Of a DNA stretch of 64,000 nt, positions 1 to 13,149 are shown piece after piece (position 1 is the first letter of the stretch; every line of letters begins with the position of its first letter). Origin of the DNA: Camelus ferus (Eukaryota). The DNA lies in assembly GCF_009834535.1 (NCBI RefSeq), contig NC_045696.1, forward strand, positions 105,836,001-105,900,000. The letters run 5' to 3'. The notes under the pieces were generated by a model, which did not search any database, had not been told where the DNA came from, and worked only from the letters and a program-made list of their open reading frames with translations. A program made the position numbers and the translations under genes.

Positions 1-834
1 AGGAAACATGTATATGTCAAAATGTGATTATATCTAGATTTGTTTTTTCTTTTTTGCCACTTAACCCTTCTCTTACACACACACACCAAAACAATGGAAA
101 ATGGCAACTACAGCTCAAAAGCTCACAAAGTCCAAAAAGTGGTCAAGCATATATAAAATGCTGTCTTGAAAAAACTATTAAACTGGCAAAGGTTCCTTTT
201 TTAATGAGAATGCTCAGTGTTACTATGGTCAAAGCAGTTCTACTGGCAAACTCCTGCTGGTGGTAGTATAAATTGGGAAAGCCCTTGGGAGCGCATTGGG
301 CAATCCACCTTGAAAGCTTTAACAATATTCCTACCCTATGTCCTACTGATCTCACTTTTTACAACAAGGATGTGATGCAAAGAAATAATCCTTATTCTTA
401 GAACATAATCCCAAAATGTTTTTTTAAAGACTTAAAATAGCAGACCCCACCCCACCACCCCCATTTTCCAGGCTCTAATCTTCTTTCTCTGCTTCTCTCC
501 CTAATGCATATTATATATTCATGTGTTTGTCTGTGTTTACTCCCCACCCACCCACAAGAATATAAACAAACTGTGTCCCTAGTGCCTTTGAATAATTCCT
601 TACACATAGTAGGTACTCATAAGTATCTGTTTAACTAATGATTCTTAATAGTGAAAATTAAAACAAATGCAAAAAAATAGAGTAATAATGATTAAGTAAT
701 AATGAGCCAGTACGTTTTGGCAATCTTCTGATTGGCTGTTGTGTAGTCATAATAAATGTAATTATAATAACTAGAGCAACTTAGAAAATAGATATACTGT
801 AAAGGGGGAAATCAAAATGCAAAATAGTATAGAG

Positions 835-1290
835 GTGTGGTAGATTATCACAGTAATGACCCCAAGGAACTGCACCTGCTTGTATCTGGACTTTCATTAA
901 ATCCCCTCTCACACTAACTCTGGGCTTCATCATGTGACTTGTTTTGGACAATGGAACGTTAGCAAAGACGATTCCGGCAGAGCTTGAAAACTGTTTGCAT
1001 GGTGGGTCTTGATGTCTCTCTCTTGCTGCTTTTGGAACCCAGCTGCCCAGGTAGCATGCTGGAAATATACCAACCAGCCCATAGCCAGCGCCAGACACTG
1101 TCTCATTCACAGAATGAGGCCATATTATATAACATCCAACTCCTGTTGAGCCACCAGAAGACTGCAGTGGCATGAATGGCCCTCGTTGATAATAGCAGAA
1201 GAAATGCCCAGTTGAGCTCTGCTGAATTGATGACTCACAGAATTGTGAGCAAGCGAAAGGGTTGTAGTATTAAGCACTAAGTCTTTGATA
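835..1290 (+). mobile_element. MaLR LTR (MLT1-type), old
   Basis: Starts tgtggtagattat and ends near ttaagcactaagt, typical MLT1 motifs. Confidence 0.6.
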
Positions 1291-1681
1291 TATCTGCTTT
1301 ATTGAAATAGGTGTGCATATGTAGAAAAAAAAGTAGCAGTGCTGTTTGCACAGAAAGAACTCACAGCAATCTTGTGATGAAAGAAACTCAGGTGAAGAGA
1401 CTTCTTGACAAGGTGTGACTTGCCATGGCCCCAACCGTTGGCACAGAGACCAGCATATTCCAGAGAAAAAAAGCCAACATAATCTATAGAAAAACAACAA
1501 TAAAAAGCAGCACACAAATGAGTACAACGGTTCTGTTTAGAGCGATGAAAAAGTTTTGGCAAAAAATAGTGGTGAGAGTTGTACAGCACTGTGAACATAA
1601 TTAATGTCATTGAATTGTATAATTTTAAAACAGTTTGTTAAAATAGCATGTATATCCACAATTTAAAAAAACAAGCATGAA

Positions 1682-1819
1682 GGGGAGGGTATAGCTCAGT
1701 AGTAGAGTGCATGCTTAGCATGCACCAGGTCCTGGATTCAATCTCTCTAGTACCTCCATTAAAAATAAATAAATAAACCTAATTATCTCTGCCCCTCCAA
1801 AAAAATTAAAAAAAAAAAA
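1682..1819 (+). mobile_element. tRNA-derived SINE (camelid Vic-1-like)
   Basis: ggggagggtatagctcagtagtagagtgcatgcttagcatg head with A/B boxes, (aaat)n linker, cctaatt-C-run, A tail. Confidence 0.9.
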
Positions 1820-2379
1820 CCCACAAAACCATATAAGCAAAGTCACCTATCACAAACTTCCTTCAAAACCGACAATCTTTCCCTAACATGCTGTATAATC
1901 CGTGCTCAGCCACCATGAACTGCTCAAGTAGTGGGCCAATACCTGCTCAGGGTCACTTTCTATGTTTCCGTGCAGACTTAGGCTGAGTGATGCAACGCGG
2001 TCCTGCCCATCCTTTCAACAGCCCTGAATGTCAGGATGGGGTGGTGGAACTTACCTTCCTCAAAGGAATCAGATGCCAGTTGGCCAAATCCCCACAGGGC
2101 TCCTCACTCTCTCTCATGAGGCACCAAGGCACACTAAGCACTTACAGCCACGACCATGACCAAGAACGTTTTTAGTTTCAGAGCACGCTTCCCTGCCTTC
2201 TGCAGCAAGATGTGGCGTTCACAACCATCATCTGGCACTCACCCCTTTGCCTTCTGCACTAGGCCAACCCTGGCTTTAAACACCTCTATGAAACCAACGG
2301 GCGGCATCTCTGGCTGAAACCTCCCGCAGAGGAAGGAAAGGGAGATAACATAGCACCTCACTCTCAGTCTCCATGAGAA

Positions 2380-3070
2380 CGAGCTCTTTCGCAGAGTACA
2401 GCCTCCCCACCTCCCCGCCCGCCGCTCCCCCAGGATCAGGCTGGGGGATTCCTCTTTGCAATGGTCAGCGAGCCCTCTCACAGGAAAGGTGTTTGCCAAG
2501 TGCCTTCTCAGTGGCTTTTATCCTAAACTTGGATCTGCTAGCACTGACTCATCCTTCTCCTGTGGCACCGATACTCAATACTAGGCCAAGGCGGCCGCCG
2601 CAAAATCCCGCCTGGCTTGTCGCTTTCTCTCCGCTCCCGCCCCAGCCCCAGCGCCCTCCTTGCTGCCGGCCTCAGCCTCCCCAGAGCCTGAGCGATTCCG
2701 CGCTGAGGTTTTTACTTTTTTGCTTCCCCACACAAGTGAATATTTGTTACTCATTTCCCCACTCTTCATCTTTGTACGCTGTCTTTAGCCCTTCTTTCTG
2801 GGAGCCACTCCCAAGACCTCTTCTCCAAGGTCCTGGTAATCACCCTTCTAACACAATTAGATGACCTTACTCTTTCCCACTTCCTCTTTCCTTCCATTGT
2901 TATGCAGAGAGAGGAGAGGCGGCTGACGGTGCGGGGAACTGGATTAGGTAGCAGGGTGACTCCGCGGCTCTTCCGGGTTCTGCCGCTGCCCTGGAGGTCT
3001 CGCTTCCAACGAGCCCCACACCGGCTCCACGCCGTCTTCCCACCTGCAAACCCAGGAACAAACGAGCCAG
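2380..3070. promoter_or_regulatory. Weaker GC/CpG-enriched element (possible second promoter or enhancer)
   Basis: Local CpG enrichment, GCGGCCGC at 2591, GC-box-like CCCGCCCC ~2636, ETS-like CTTCCGG ~2970. Minus-strand donor-like sites at 2237-2242 and 2049-2054. Confidence 0.4.
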
Positions 3071-3213
3071 GAGTGTGGGAGAAACCTTTCAGGGGGCCTT
3101 GACTGAGGCCCTTAAGGGGAAGAAAAAATTTCTCTCTTCCCACTCCTGCCAGAATCTGAAAATTAAACTGACGAAGACAGATTAACAAAGGAAAAACATA
3201 TAGATTTTATTAA

Positions 3214-3354
3214 ATTTTTTTCTTAATTTTTATATTTATTTGGGGGGGGAGGCAATTAGGTTTGTTTGTTTGTTTGTTTAATGGTAATGAAGATTAAATT
3301 CAAAACCTCATGCATGCTAAGCACACACTCTACCTCTGAGCTATACCCTCCCCC
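3214..3354 (-). mobile_element. Vic-1-like SINE
   Basis: Antisense head gagctataccctcccc; near-TSD attttatt(a/g)aatttttt on both sides. Confidence 0.88.
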
Positions 3355-3710
3355 TGAAATTTTATTGAATTTTTTCGTGTACATGGGAGCCCTCCCAATA
3401 GAATGAACACCCAAAGAAGTGACCAGAGCTGGAAATTTTTGTATCTTTTAGACAAATAATAAATCTGTGAAGAATGAACAAGACAAAGGGGTTTGGGGTA
3501 AGATTAGTAAATGCTGAAGAAGTAACGAGGAAGTTAAGTGTTAGATTAATGCTGTTTGTTTATATAGTCTCGGCTCTAAATTGCTTGTCCCTGGTAATGA
3601 GAGTCCTCCTTCCTCCTAGTGTACGGAGGGTACTTTTCACATGTGAGTTTTATGACCTGTTGTCAGGGAAGCGGGGTGGGAAGTGAAAGGGACCCTCCAG
3701 CTTCTGCCAC

Positions 3711-3827
3711 TTTTTAAAAGAAATTTGGGGGGGGGGGATTTGGTTATTTATTTATTTACTGGGGATTGCGCCCAGGACCTTGTGCATGCTAAGCACGTGC
3801 TCTACCACTGAGCTATACCCTCCCTCC
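3711..3827 (-). mobile_element. Vic-1-like SINE
   Basis: ggggattgcgcccaggaccttgtgcatgctaagcacgtgctctaccactgagctataccctccc. Confidence 0.9.
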
Positions 3828-4803
3828 ATCACTTAAAAATTCCTCCAGCTTAAGATATTAAATATGCCAAATATTTTGGGGTGGCGCCTCCTGAATCCAA
3901 TCAGCATCTTGTTACCACTTACTCAGATGAATGGGAGATTCTGACATCACAAAATAAGAAACTCCAAGAGATTATGTACAGAAAGAAAACAGCAGTGTTG
4001 GGAAGAAAAGGTAATTTGTTTCAGGGAAATCCATGCGAAAAAAATGTATATAAAATCTCCATCCTAGAACTCTTTTCTCAAGTGATTATTCTTATCCTTT
4101 TGAGGGGACAGACACCCCTTTGAAAACCTGATGAGTGAGATAGAATCATATCCCCAGGAAAATACATATAAACACAGAAACCAAACCTTAGGAGCTCACT
4201 GCCTCCATGAATCCTGGAGGCACACGAATGCCAGGCTAAGTGGTAATCAGGCCTTTCCTTCTCTGTAAATCCCATCTTGAGTTCAGTGTAGTTCAAAGAA
4301 AGCATTCATTTGTTCATTCATTCACAAGTAACTCTTTGAGAAACTTCCAAGTGTCAGGCCCCACGCTGGGCCACATTGTGAGACAGAAAGAGGTGAATCG
4401 GACACAGTGCCTGCTCCTGGGACGCTCACGGTCTGCTGGGGGAGACCTACAGAGAGCAGACAATGAGTGTACAGTGATGGAGGAGGCAGCCCTGCGAACG
4501 GTGGGAGCCAGGAGGGGAGGGGGCAGAAATACTTCCCACACTCCTCCTTCCCACAGCAGTCAGTTCCTACACCTCTGACTACAAAGCAAAGTGGTTTTTA
4601 AAAGCTCAAGTATTCCCTGAAGGGCTAGCTGAGCTGTCTGGGTCAGAGCTCTCACCCCCACCCCAGCCAGCTCTCACACCTCCGCTGGGATGGACCTGGT
4701 TTTCCTCTCTCCCCACAGGCTCCCTGGGGGCTGTCAAATGATTCACAGCCACCCCCACCCTTGCCTACCAAATCTGGGCCCGTTCTTGGCTCCCCAGGCC
4801 AGC

Positions 4804-4934
4804 TTTTTTTTTTTTTTTAATCTTTTTTTTTAATAGGGGGAGGTAATTAGGTTTATTTATTTATTTATTCTTGAAGGACCAGAACCTCATGCATACTAAG
4901 CATGCACTCTACCACTTGAGATATAGCCTCCCCC
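4804..4934 (-). mobile_element. Vic-1-like SINE
   Basis: Poly-T, antisense body, TSD cagg(c/a)cagctttt. Confidence 0.88.
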
Positions 4935-7900
4935 ACAGGACAGCTTTTAAATAAGTAGCCAACCCCCCACTGCACTTCCTCCTTTCCTTGCTTAAACCCT
5001 ACTCATTTTACTAGTTGAGCTGCAGGGAAACGAGGAAAACAAAAATAACTAATTTAAGGAAGTTACAGATTTGCAAGAAACCTGGGGAGTCCTGGTATGA
5101 GCTGGTCTTTATCCCCAGGATGGAAGTCTGGGCTGGGCTGAACTGGACCTGGCCCCACTTCCTCTCACCTCTTCCCTGAATTCTCCCTTCTTGAGGCTGT
5201 AGGGAAAAGCCACTTGTTCCCTGTCTGGGTTGGATGCTCTGCTTATCCGAGTTGCTTCCCGGAACATCCCTTGGAAGGCTCTGGCTGCCCCTCTTCCATT
5301 CCTGGGTTTAGCTCTTTTAATTTCCTATTTGGTTTTTGAAGAGCCCTCACCACTGCTTCAGGCCCTCTTGGCCTGACTAACTTTCATCACTCCCAGAAGA
5401 TTCTCTGATTTGGAGACCTGGAAATCTTACCATCTTGTGCATTTGCTTCGTAGACTATTCAATTCTATTTTAGAAAATAAGTTTATAGTTTGTAAGATGA
5501 AGGCAAAACTTCATTAAGAAAAGATAGTAAGTACAAGATATGTGTGCTTAAACATAGAAAGGGTGAAAGGACCAAGAGATACCTAATATTTTAGAGGTAC
5601 TAAATATACATGAGGCACTGGAACTCTAAATATTCATGATATCCTAAATATACATAACACACTAAATATTCACATGTAAAGTTTAACACGGAAGATAACA
5701 AACATTCTGGCCCCATCCTCTGTCCAAAATATACAAATAAAACCCATAGCTGCTCAGTTGGCTAATTGATGAGGTACTTCGGTGGCCAGGTGTACTGATC
5801 TGGGCATTTCTTTGATCTTAGTGTGTGTCATTGACCCAGGGAAACTTCCACCTATGGGCACACCTTTGCTTAAACATCAAAACTCTGGTCTTAGAAACTC
5901 ACCCTTAGCAGGGAAGGCTGGTGCAGGCAAGAGACAACATGCAAACATGGTGTCCCCCCAAGATTCAGGTACTGTCACGCTTCTACCTCTTTGTTTCCTA
6001 TCCTAAATGCAACAACCTACCCCATCTTTTCCCCCTTGCTTCTTCCTATGTGTTTTGATTTAATAAAACATGCGATTCGATCATTTAATCTGGTTTGACA
6101 GCTTTTCTGTCCCATGGCCTCTGAGATAGCAGGCCTCACAGTGCCCTTGGAGGTCCCATTCTGTCATCATAAAACACCTCCTCTCACACCCCTTGTTTCT
6201 CCAAATCCTATTTGGCTGGTTATGATAATGAAGTTCAGCATGCACTTCCACCTCGCCCACATTTTGCCCCCATCTTTTTTCCTTCCCCTCGAACACTGTC
6301 CTCCCAGTCCCATCCTGAGTCCTTCTGCTGATCCCTATAACAGCCTTGGGAGTCTGGAGACTAGGGAACCACAATTACCACAAGTCTCATCTTACAAAGG
6401 CAAGGGTCAGGTCCCCATATCCAGAAGGAATTCAAAGCTCATTCTTTCAACTCCAGGCGAACCCTTCCCTATTCCTGGTTTGGTTTTTGTTGTTGTTGCT
6501 CCTTTTGTTTGTTTGTTTCTTTTCTGAATATCAAGAGCTCCTCTGCTGTAAACTCCTTGAAGGCAGGAGCTGTCTTCATCTCTGCTGTCCTAGCTCCTAC
6601 CATAGGGTCTAAGCCATTTCACCTGCTCTGTGACTGTTGAACTCAGCATGTGTCAGTTTATCCATTTTATTCATTCATCTTGACAGTTCAGCCCCTTAGA
6701 TCTAATGCATGACCAAGTCCTAGCAGCTGTACCAAAATTGTTCTTAAATTTGCTTCTCTTGATCTCTATTGTCAGCCCTACACGTTCGTCTAAGCCACTC
6801 TAGCTAGATATATTTCCAGCTGGGAATATATCCTAGCTTCCCAGCTTTGTCTACAAACTCCTGTAGCCTTTAATCCACACAACCAATACAGTAGAGAGAG
6901 AAAGATGGAGAAAGAGAGAGAGAGATGGGAGGTGGGGAGGGAGGAAGGAAAGAAGGAAGGAAAGAAGGAAATGGCCACCCTTATAAATCTGGAACTCTTG
7001 AAACCTGGCAAATTCCAGAAATTTCCCATTCAGGGAAGAAGTGGGTCTGTGATCCCCACAAACATATTTCTGTACTTCTTTTAAAAAAGAAATTAATTGG
7101 CTTTCTAACTTTCCTTTCATGCTTAGAACCAACTAAAACCAGCACTAGGGAACAGTGGAGTTATTAGCTGAAACAATTGTAAAGTGTTGCTGATCTGTTG
7201 GCTTCAGGCCTGTCTGGACCCAGAGTTTCAATCGATGTTCTTTCTCCCTCTATTGTATCTGCTTTTAGCACACATTTCCTCTGTATTTTGGTTTAATTTT
7301 CTGACGTGCTCTCTTCTCACGATGGAAAAGAGCTCTGGCTTTATTGGATCTTACATCTATAATCCCAGAGGAAAAAGGGACCCTTCCCTGTACCAGTTAT
7401 AAAGATGATCTTGATTTGGCCCAGCTGAAGTCACTTGCCCCTCCCTGAGCTAATCACATTCACCACTGTGGTCAGGAAGATGGAGAGCTCTGAATGGCTG
7501 GGCCCCAACTCATGCTCGTTGGATAGAAGGGCTCCTGCAGAAGAAGTCCCACCAGGCCCATGTTGGGTAGGGGAAAGGGGCTTCCAAAGGAAAAGTAGGG
7601 ACAGAAACAACAGAGATCTAGGCCCCTTTTTGCAGAGTGGGTATAGGGAGTGATTTTCCATGTGCCCAACTCCTTCTTGTCTCTGTTCATTGACAGTTTT
7701 CTTTCCTCTGCCTTGAATGCTCTCCTCACCGCTCTGCCACTCAAATCCTATGCAGCTAACTTCTCTTTGGACTTTAGGTCTTTAGCTTAAATGTCACTCC
7801 ATCACTCCAAGAGATGCCTCCCCTGACCCCACACATGGTTACATATATCTGACTGACATTCTCATAGCAATTTTGTAATTAAATAATTTAATTTCATGTT

Positions 7901-8064
7901 GGTTGAAAGTCTGTCTCCCTCAGTAGGCTGTAAGCTCCATCAGGGCAAGGATCCCCTCAGCTTTGGCTCTTCGTTTTGGTCATGACTGCTTTCCCAGCTC
8001 CTGGTTCAGTTGTACGTGGTAGGTAGTCGCTCCCTCATTTATTTGGAAAAAATTAAGTAAATAA

Positions 8065-8208
8065 GGGGGGAGGATATAGCTCAAGAGGTAGAGCACATGC
8101 CTAACATGCTCAAGTTCCTGGGTTCAATCCCCAGTACCTAATCTAAAAATAAATAAATAAGTGAACCTAATTACCCCCCCCCCGAAAAATAAATTGAAAT
8201 AAATAAAT
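8065..8208 (+). mobile_element. Vic-1-like SINE
   Basis: Head gggaggatatagctcaagaggtagag, B-box gggttcaatccc, typical tail. Confidence 0.9.
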
Positions 8209-8256
8209 ACAAGAGTAAGTTCTAAATATTCTGGTAAATAAGATATATGTATTCCT

Positions 8257-8379
8257 GGGGGAAGGGTGTAGCTCAGTGGTAGAGTGCCTGCTTAGCATGC
8301 AGAAGGCCCTGGGTTCAATCCCCAGTACCTCCTTAAAAAAAAAATAAATAAATAAACCTAATTACCTCCCCCTCCAAAA
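8257..8379 (+). mobile_element. Vic-1-like SINE
   Basis: Full body; TSD aagatatatg(t/c)attcctg at ~8240-8257 and ~8378-8395. Confidence 0.92.
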
Positions 8380-9690
8380 GATATATGCATTCCTGCACTC
8401 AGGGAGTAGTGACTTTAACATTTGCATTAGACCAGTGTTTTTCAAACACCAAGACTAAATAGCTGGTGAAATTAATTTGGTGGATTGCAACTACAGGTCT
8501 TAAAATATGAAATAACATAGCACAGAAAAGAGAAATGGCCTAGAAAACATCAGATTGCATCACACATAATGATGTTATTCCATTACATCTCTATTTTAGC
8601 ATATAATATTGTAAACATGCACACACCCCCTTATATACTTACTGCATTAAGCTGCTTGGACTGAAGTGTAATAAGATAGCATCTTTCCAGTTCAGAGCAA
8701 TTCAGAGCTCCAGATATTAGGTCATGTCATCACTGGGAAATAACATCTGGGAAGCTCATTCAAAGAATCAGAGTGGAAGTGAAGACAATTTCAGGATGCG
8801 GTTGCAGGGTGAACTCTGTGCTTTGGTTGGCTTATGTTATATCCTCAAGGCCATTTAATCATATGTACAGTCAGGTGTGTTTTCTGTTGTTCTTTTTTTC
8901 CCCCTTCAAATAACAGATGACTTAATGGTTTTCAAAGTTGAATACAAAATTTAAACCCACTCCTTTTTTTTTTTTGCTGCCTTGCATGGGTAGGCCATAA
9001 ACTGCATATTCCTAGAAAACACTGAATTAACTAACATCCTGGAGGAATAGAACTCAGCGAGGCTGGAGGACAGGGGTTAGTGTGGTACCAAAGCAACCAG
9101 GGCTACTGGCTGAACAGTGCAGTTTGAATCCCTGTTTCAGTAGTGCTATGGGAATTCCGGCGAAGGGACCTAATACACATTTGCTGAAGACTCACTCAGA
9201 GCAAGTCTCTGTGTCAACTGTGGGAAGTATAAAAATAAACACTATATCCATACTTTGTTGCCAAGAAATTTACAATCTGGTAGCAGACACAAGTACAACT
9301 GAGCCTCAGTTTTCTCATCTAGAAAATGCATATAATAATAGACCTTCATTGATTATATCAGGAAGATTAAATAAATAAATTGAGATACTGAGCTTGATGC
9401 TAATAGATAGTAGAGAAGCATTTAATTAATGTTTTCTATTCAACTTTACAAAATGAGAAAAACATGCTTCAGTGTTTAAGGCTTCATATAGAAAATGAGA
9501 TACCATAAATCAGATGCAGTTTTACAAAGCTAGGTATAGAAATTCATGACTGAATAAAGAAAGGTCTGTGAATGCAGATGAGATGTAGATATAGTTGTAG
9601 ATGAAAGAAATTCTGTGTAAGTTGTGAATTATTTTAGTGTTTTTCCTTTGGATTATGTGTTTCCTCTGTGGAGATTCTGAAATTTGAGTC

Positions 9691-10275
9691 TGTATCAGTA
9701 TGATAGGCTAGGTTTGCTGCAATTACAGACAACTCCTACATCCCAGTAGTTTAAAAGGGTGAAGGTTTATTTCTAGTTCACTCCCAGTCTTCTCCAGCTC
9801 TCCAGGGTAGCCATCCTTCATGTGTTGGCTCCAAGATCCACAGCACTGATCCTTTTTTGTGGTACCGTCACATCAGCACATGGGAAAGAGAGGACCTGGA
9901 GAAAAATGTACTCCATCTCTCTTTCTCCCTCTCTTTTTTTAAATTGAAGTTACAATGTGTCCATTTCTGGTGTACAGCCTAATGTCCCAGTCATGTATAT
10001 GTGTGTGTGTGTATATATATATATATATACACACACATACATATTCATTTTCATATTATTTTCATTAAAGGTTATCACAAAACACACTCCATCTCTTAAA
10101 TGCTTCCACTGAGAAGTAACAGATACTACTTCTGCTCATATTTCCTTGACCAAAACAAGCCTTATGTTTCCATTCAATTTTAAGGATTCCATCTAACTTC
10201 AAGGGAGCGGGGAAGTATAGTCCTCCCAAGCACTCTGGAGGGGAAGAGAACCGAAAATATTAGTGAGTTGGGGTA
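9691..10275. mobile_element. Old MaLR LTR (MLT1-type) interrupted by an L1 3' fragment
   Basis: tgtatcagtatgataggctagg start and cttctgctcatatttccttgaccaaaacaag motif. Confidence 0.5.
9921..10085 (-). mobile_element. Short 5'-truncated L1 3'-UTR fragment
   Basis: tttttttaaattgaag...ttttcatattatt matches the L1 end at 21620; TSD actccatctct at 9910-9920 and 10086-10096. Confidence 0.85.
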
Positions 10276-11164
10276 ATGTCTACCCAGGGTCTTATACCTG
10301 CACTCTGGCTGGTCATTTTTGGTTTTTCAAATGGCCATGCTCTCTCCTGCCACAGGACCCCTATTTTTTCTGATTGCAACACTTTAGGTTCCCGCTCTTT
10401 GCCTGGTCTCATCTCCCTTCAGACTGAGGCAAATTTTCCCATCCTCAGAGAAAGTTTTGCTTTCCCCTTTCAGTCAATTCCTCCATTATTTAGTTTCAAA
10501 GTATGAGGCACCCCCACGTTAATGCACTTAGCTGTAATTTGCAGTTAATCATGTGATGACTTCATTAATGACTGTTTCTTCCTCTGCAACAGATGCTGTA
10601 GGAATCATGTTCACCCCCATATCTCCACCATTGATCCGATGCCTGGAACTGCTGCTGGGTGAGTGAAGAAGTGAATATTCTCATGAGTCTGGAACATTTT
10701 TTTTTTAACCCTCAAAAGAGTCTGTGTATTATTGGAATTTGAGAAACACTGCCTTGTGTGAATTTCTCTTGGTAGCTATTAAGAGATACTTGGCAAATAC
10801 TTGCTTATTTTATTTTGGAAGTTTAGTCTGAATGGAACATCCCTGAACCCTCTCAATGTATAAATCTTGATCTTGTAAGAGGAACATTTATCTGCTCCAT
10901 GACCAATCTAAGGGACTGAGGACTAGAGAAATCATCTCAAATTTCACTCTGGTCCCCACCCTTTCAGATTGAGCAATCCAGGTTTCTGTTTTCCAGACCA
11001 TCCGGTACCTGCTAGCTTCCCCATTTATTTGCATAGGTATTTCAAGACTGCTCTACACCTGTGCACTCAGCTTAACTGAAGAATCAAAAGTTGCTACAAA
11101 AAGTCAAACCACCTCATCTACCTAAATTTTGAAATAAAGACTTGATTAAGAAGCAGAAGTTAGC

Positions 11165-11327
11165 GGGGAAGGTCATAAACTCAAGTTGCAGAGCGCACGC
11201 TTAGCATTCACAAGATTCTGGGCTCACTACTCAGTACCTCCTCCAAAAGTAAATAAATAAGTGAACCTAATCACCCGTCCCCCCCCCCCCCCCCCCCCCC
11301 CCGGCAAAAAAAAAAAAAAAAAAAAAA
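11165..11327 (+). mobile_element. Vic-1-like SINE with expanded C24 run
   Basis: Diverged head, C run 11279-11302, long A tail, TSD aagcagaag(t/c)ta. Confidence 0.85.
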
Positions 11328-12118
11328 GCAGAAGCTAAAGCCAACAATTGGTTTGGTCTTTGCTCACAGGAAAAAAAAAGACTCTGATGAAGCCCACCTC
11401 TTTAGCTAAAGGAATTCCCTTTGAAGTTAGAGCTTTGTCTTGCAAATATAAGACCCTGTGAGCTGTCATAGGAGCTGAATATAGGCTCCCCAATAAAAAT
11501 TCAGGAATGGGTGAATCCGGGTGAAACTGAAAACAGGCCACTGGCCTGTTTGAGACATATCTGCCTCTGATGCCTTCTTAGTAGGCCAGAAAATTCTGGA
11601 CTCCAGCTGTTTAAGGTAGTAGATTATTTAAAATATTATCTGAATTATATTACATCATCGTCTTTATTTATAAAAACAGGGTAAATTGGAGTCTCAGGTG
11701 GCTTCTCCACAACAACAAACAGGGAAGAGTCTTTGTTGATAAATAGCTATAGCTCGCATTCCACAAGGCAGAGTCACACCCAAACCCCTTGGGAACCTGG
11801 GCTATAACCTTTGATCTAGCTAACTCTGCATACCAGAGCTAATTGGTTTTAAAAGTGCCTGCTATATTATTTTTCAACATTCAACTTTGATTTCTTTAGT
11901 GAATGACACCATTTTAGACTTGCAAGTTAATAGAGTTGAAGACAAATTGCATCGACAATACAGCGTGATCAGCCTTCTCAATCGGCCAGGCCAGTCCCTG
12001 AGAATACTTCCTATTAGTCTAGTGCCCTCACTGCCTCCCTTACTAGGCCCCACCCCTTCCTATTTTGTTTTTTCCCTCTCCTCTCCGTGACAGAGGTATG
12101 ACTCTTAGCCCTTTTATG

Positions 12119-12287
12119 TTTTCTTTTTTTTTTCTTTTTACATTTTTTTGGGTATAATTTTATTTATTTATTTATTTTGGAGTCAAAGGTAATTAGGTTA
12201 TTTATTTAATTTTAGATGGAGGTACTGGGGATTGAACCCAGGACTTTGTGCATGCTAAGCACACACTCTACCACATACCCTCCTCCC
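12119..12287 (-). mobile_element. Vic-1-like SINE
   Basis: ggaggtactggggattgaacccaggactttgtgcatgctaagc. Confidence 0.9.
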
Positions 12288-12812
12288 TATATGTTTCCTT
12301 TATACATATATTTATGTATCTATCTCTATATAATAGGTAATATGTGAGCATGATAAAAATTTCAAACAGCATAAAAGACAATCCCCATAAAAACTGATTC
12401 TCCCTTCCACTCTTTGTTTCCCCGCCTCTAGCTCTCCTTCTAGGCAACCACTGTTAGTTTCTTGTCTTCCTGATAATAATCTCTGCGTATCCAAATGGCA
12501 GCACACCTTACTGTTCTGCATCTTGCCTATTTCATTAAATAATATTTTGGAGATTGTTCCAGATCAGTTCATATAGAAATGCCTCATTCTTTTTACAGGT
12601 GTGTGATATCACATATAGTTGAATTATGATCTGTGTGTGTCTGTGTATGTGTGTGCTCATGTGTGTGTGTAATTGTGTTATTGAATTTTCCTTCAAAGCC
12701 TTACATATTTCTTGCTTTCCCAGAGAATGTGGTGTCTGGTCCCCTCGGAGTCCCCTGTGTCCTCCACTGCATTTTACTTTCGGTCCCCTTCCTCCCATGG
12801 TTGGTGGCCTTG

Positions 12813-12814
<2 letters not shown>

Positions 12815-12864
<50 letters not shown>
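12815..12864. repeat. (GT)25 microsatellite
   Basis: Perfect GT run. Confidence 0.97.
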
Positions 12865-12866
<2 letters not shown>

Positions 12867-13149
12867 CTAGTCTTTTTAAGCTGGTCTTTGAAGGCAGTTG
12901 GGGAACAGGAGGGGAGAGAGAGGCAGCATGCCAATAGCTGTGGGCAGGACAGGATGTTTGAGGCTTTGTCGGCTCCCTCTGATATGTGACATCAGCATCC
13001 AGGCCTCCTTCTTCAGAATTTGGGGATGATGGGTAACTTGTTCTAGGGCTTTGTGCAAGTCTTTTCACCTTTAAGGGCTTAGATTTCTCTCTGTATAAGA
13101 TGAGTGGGCTATACAGTGTAATTTCTAAGTCTTCAAGCTCCAAGCTCTA

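Larger units (their letters stand above)
3105..3903 (-). mobile_element. ERV1-type LTR (MER4/MER41-like) interrupted by two SINEs
   Basis: Motifs acagattaac, acccaaagaag and aatatgccaaatattttggggtgg...tca are typical of antisense MER4-group LTRs. Boundaries approximate. Confidence 0.55.

Noticed and set aside
1682..1760. tRNA-Ala-like sequences here and at about 15 other sites
   Set aside because: They carry SINE linkers, A tails and TSDs and have variable stems, so they are SINE copies rather than tRNA genes.
12535..13143. 202-aa minus-strand ORF with an HT repeat
   Set aside because: It is a translation of the (GT)n microsatellite plus MIR-like sequence.
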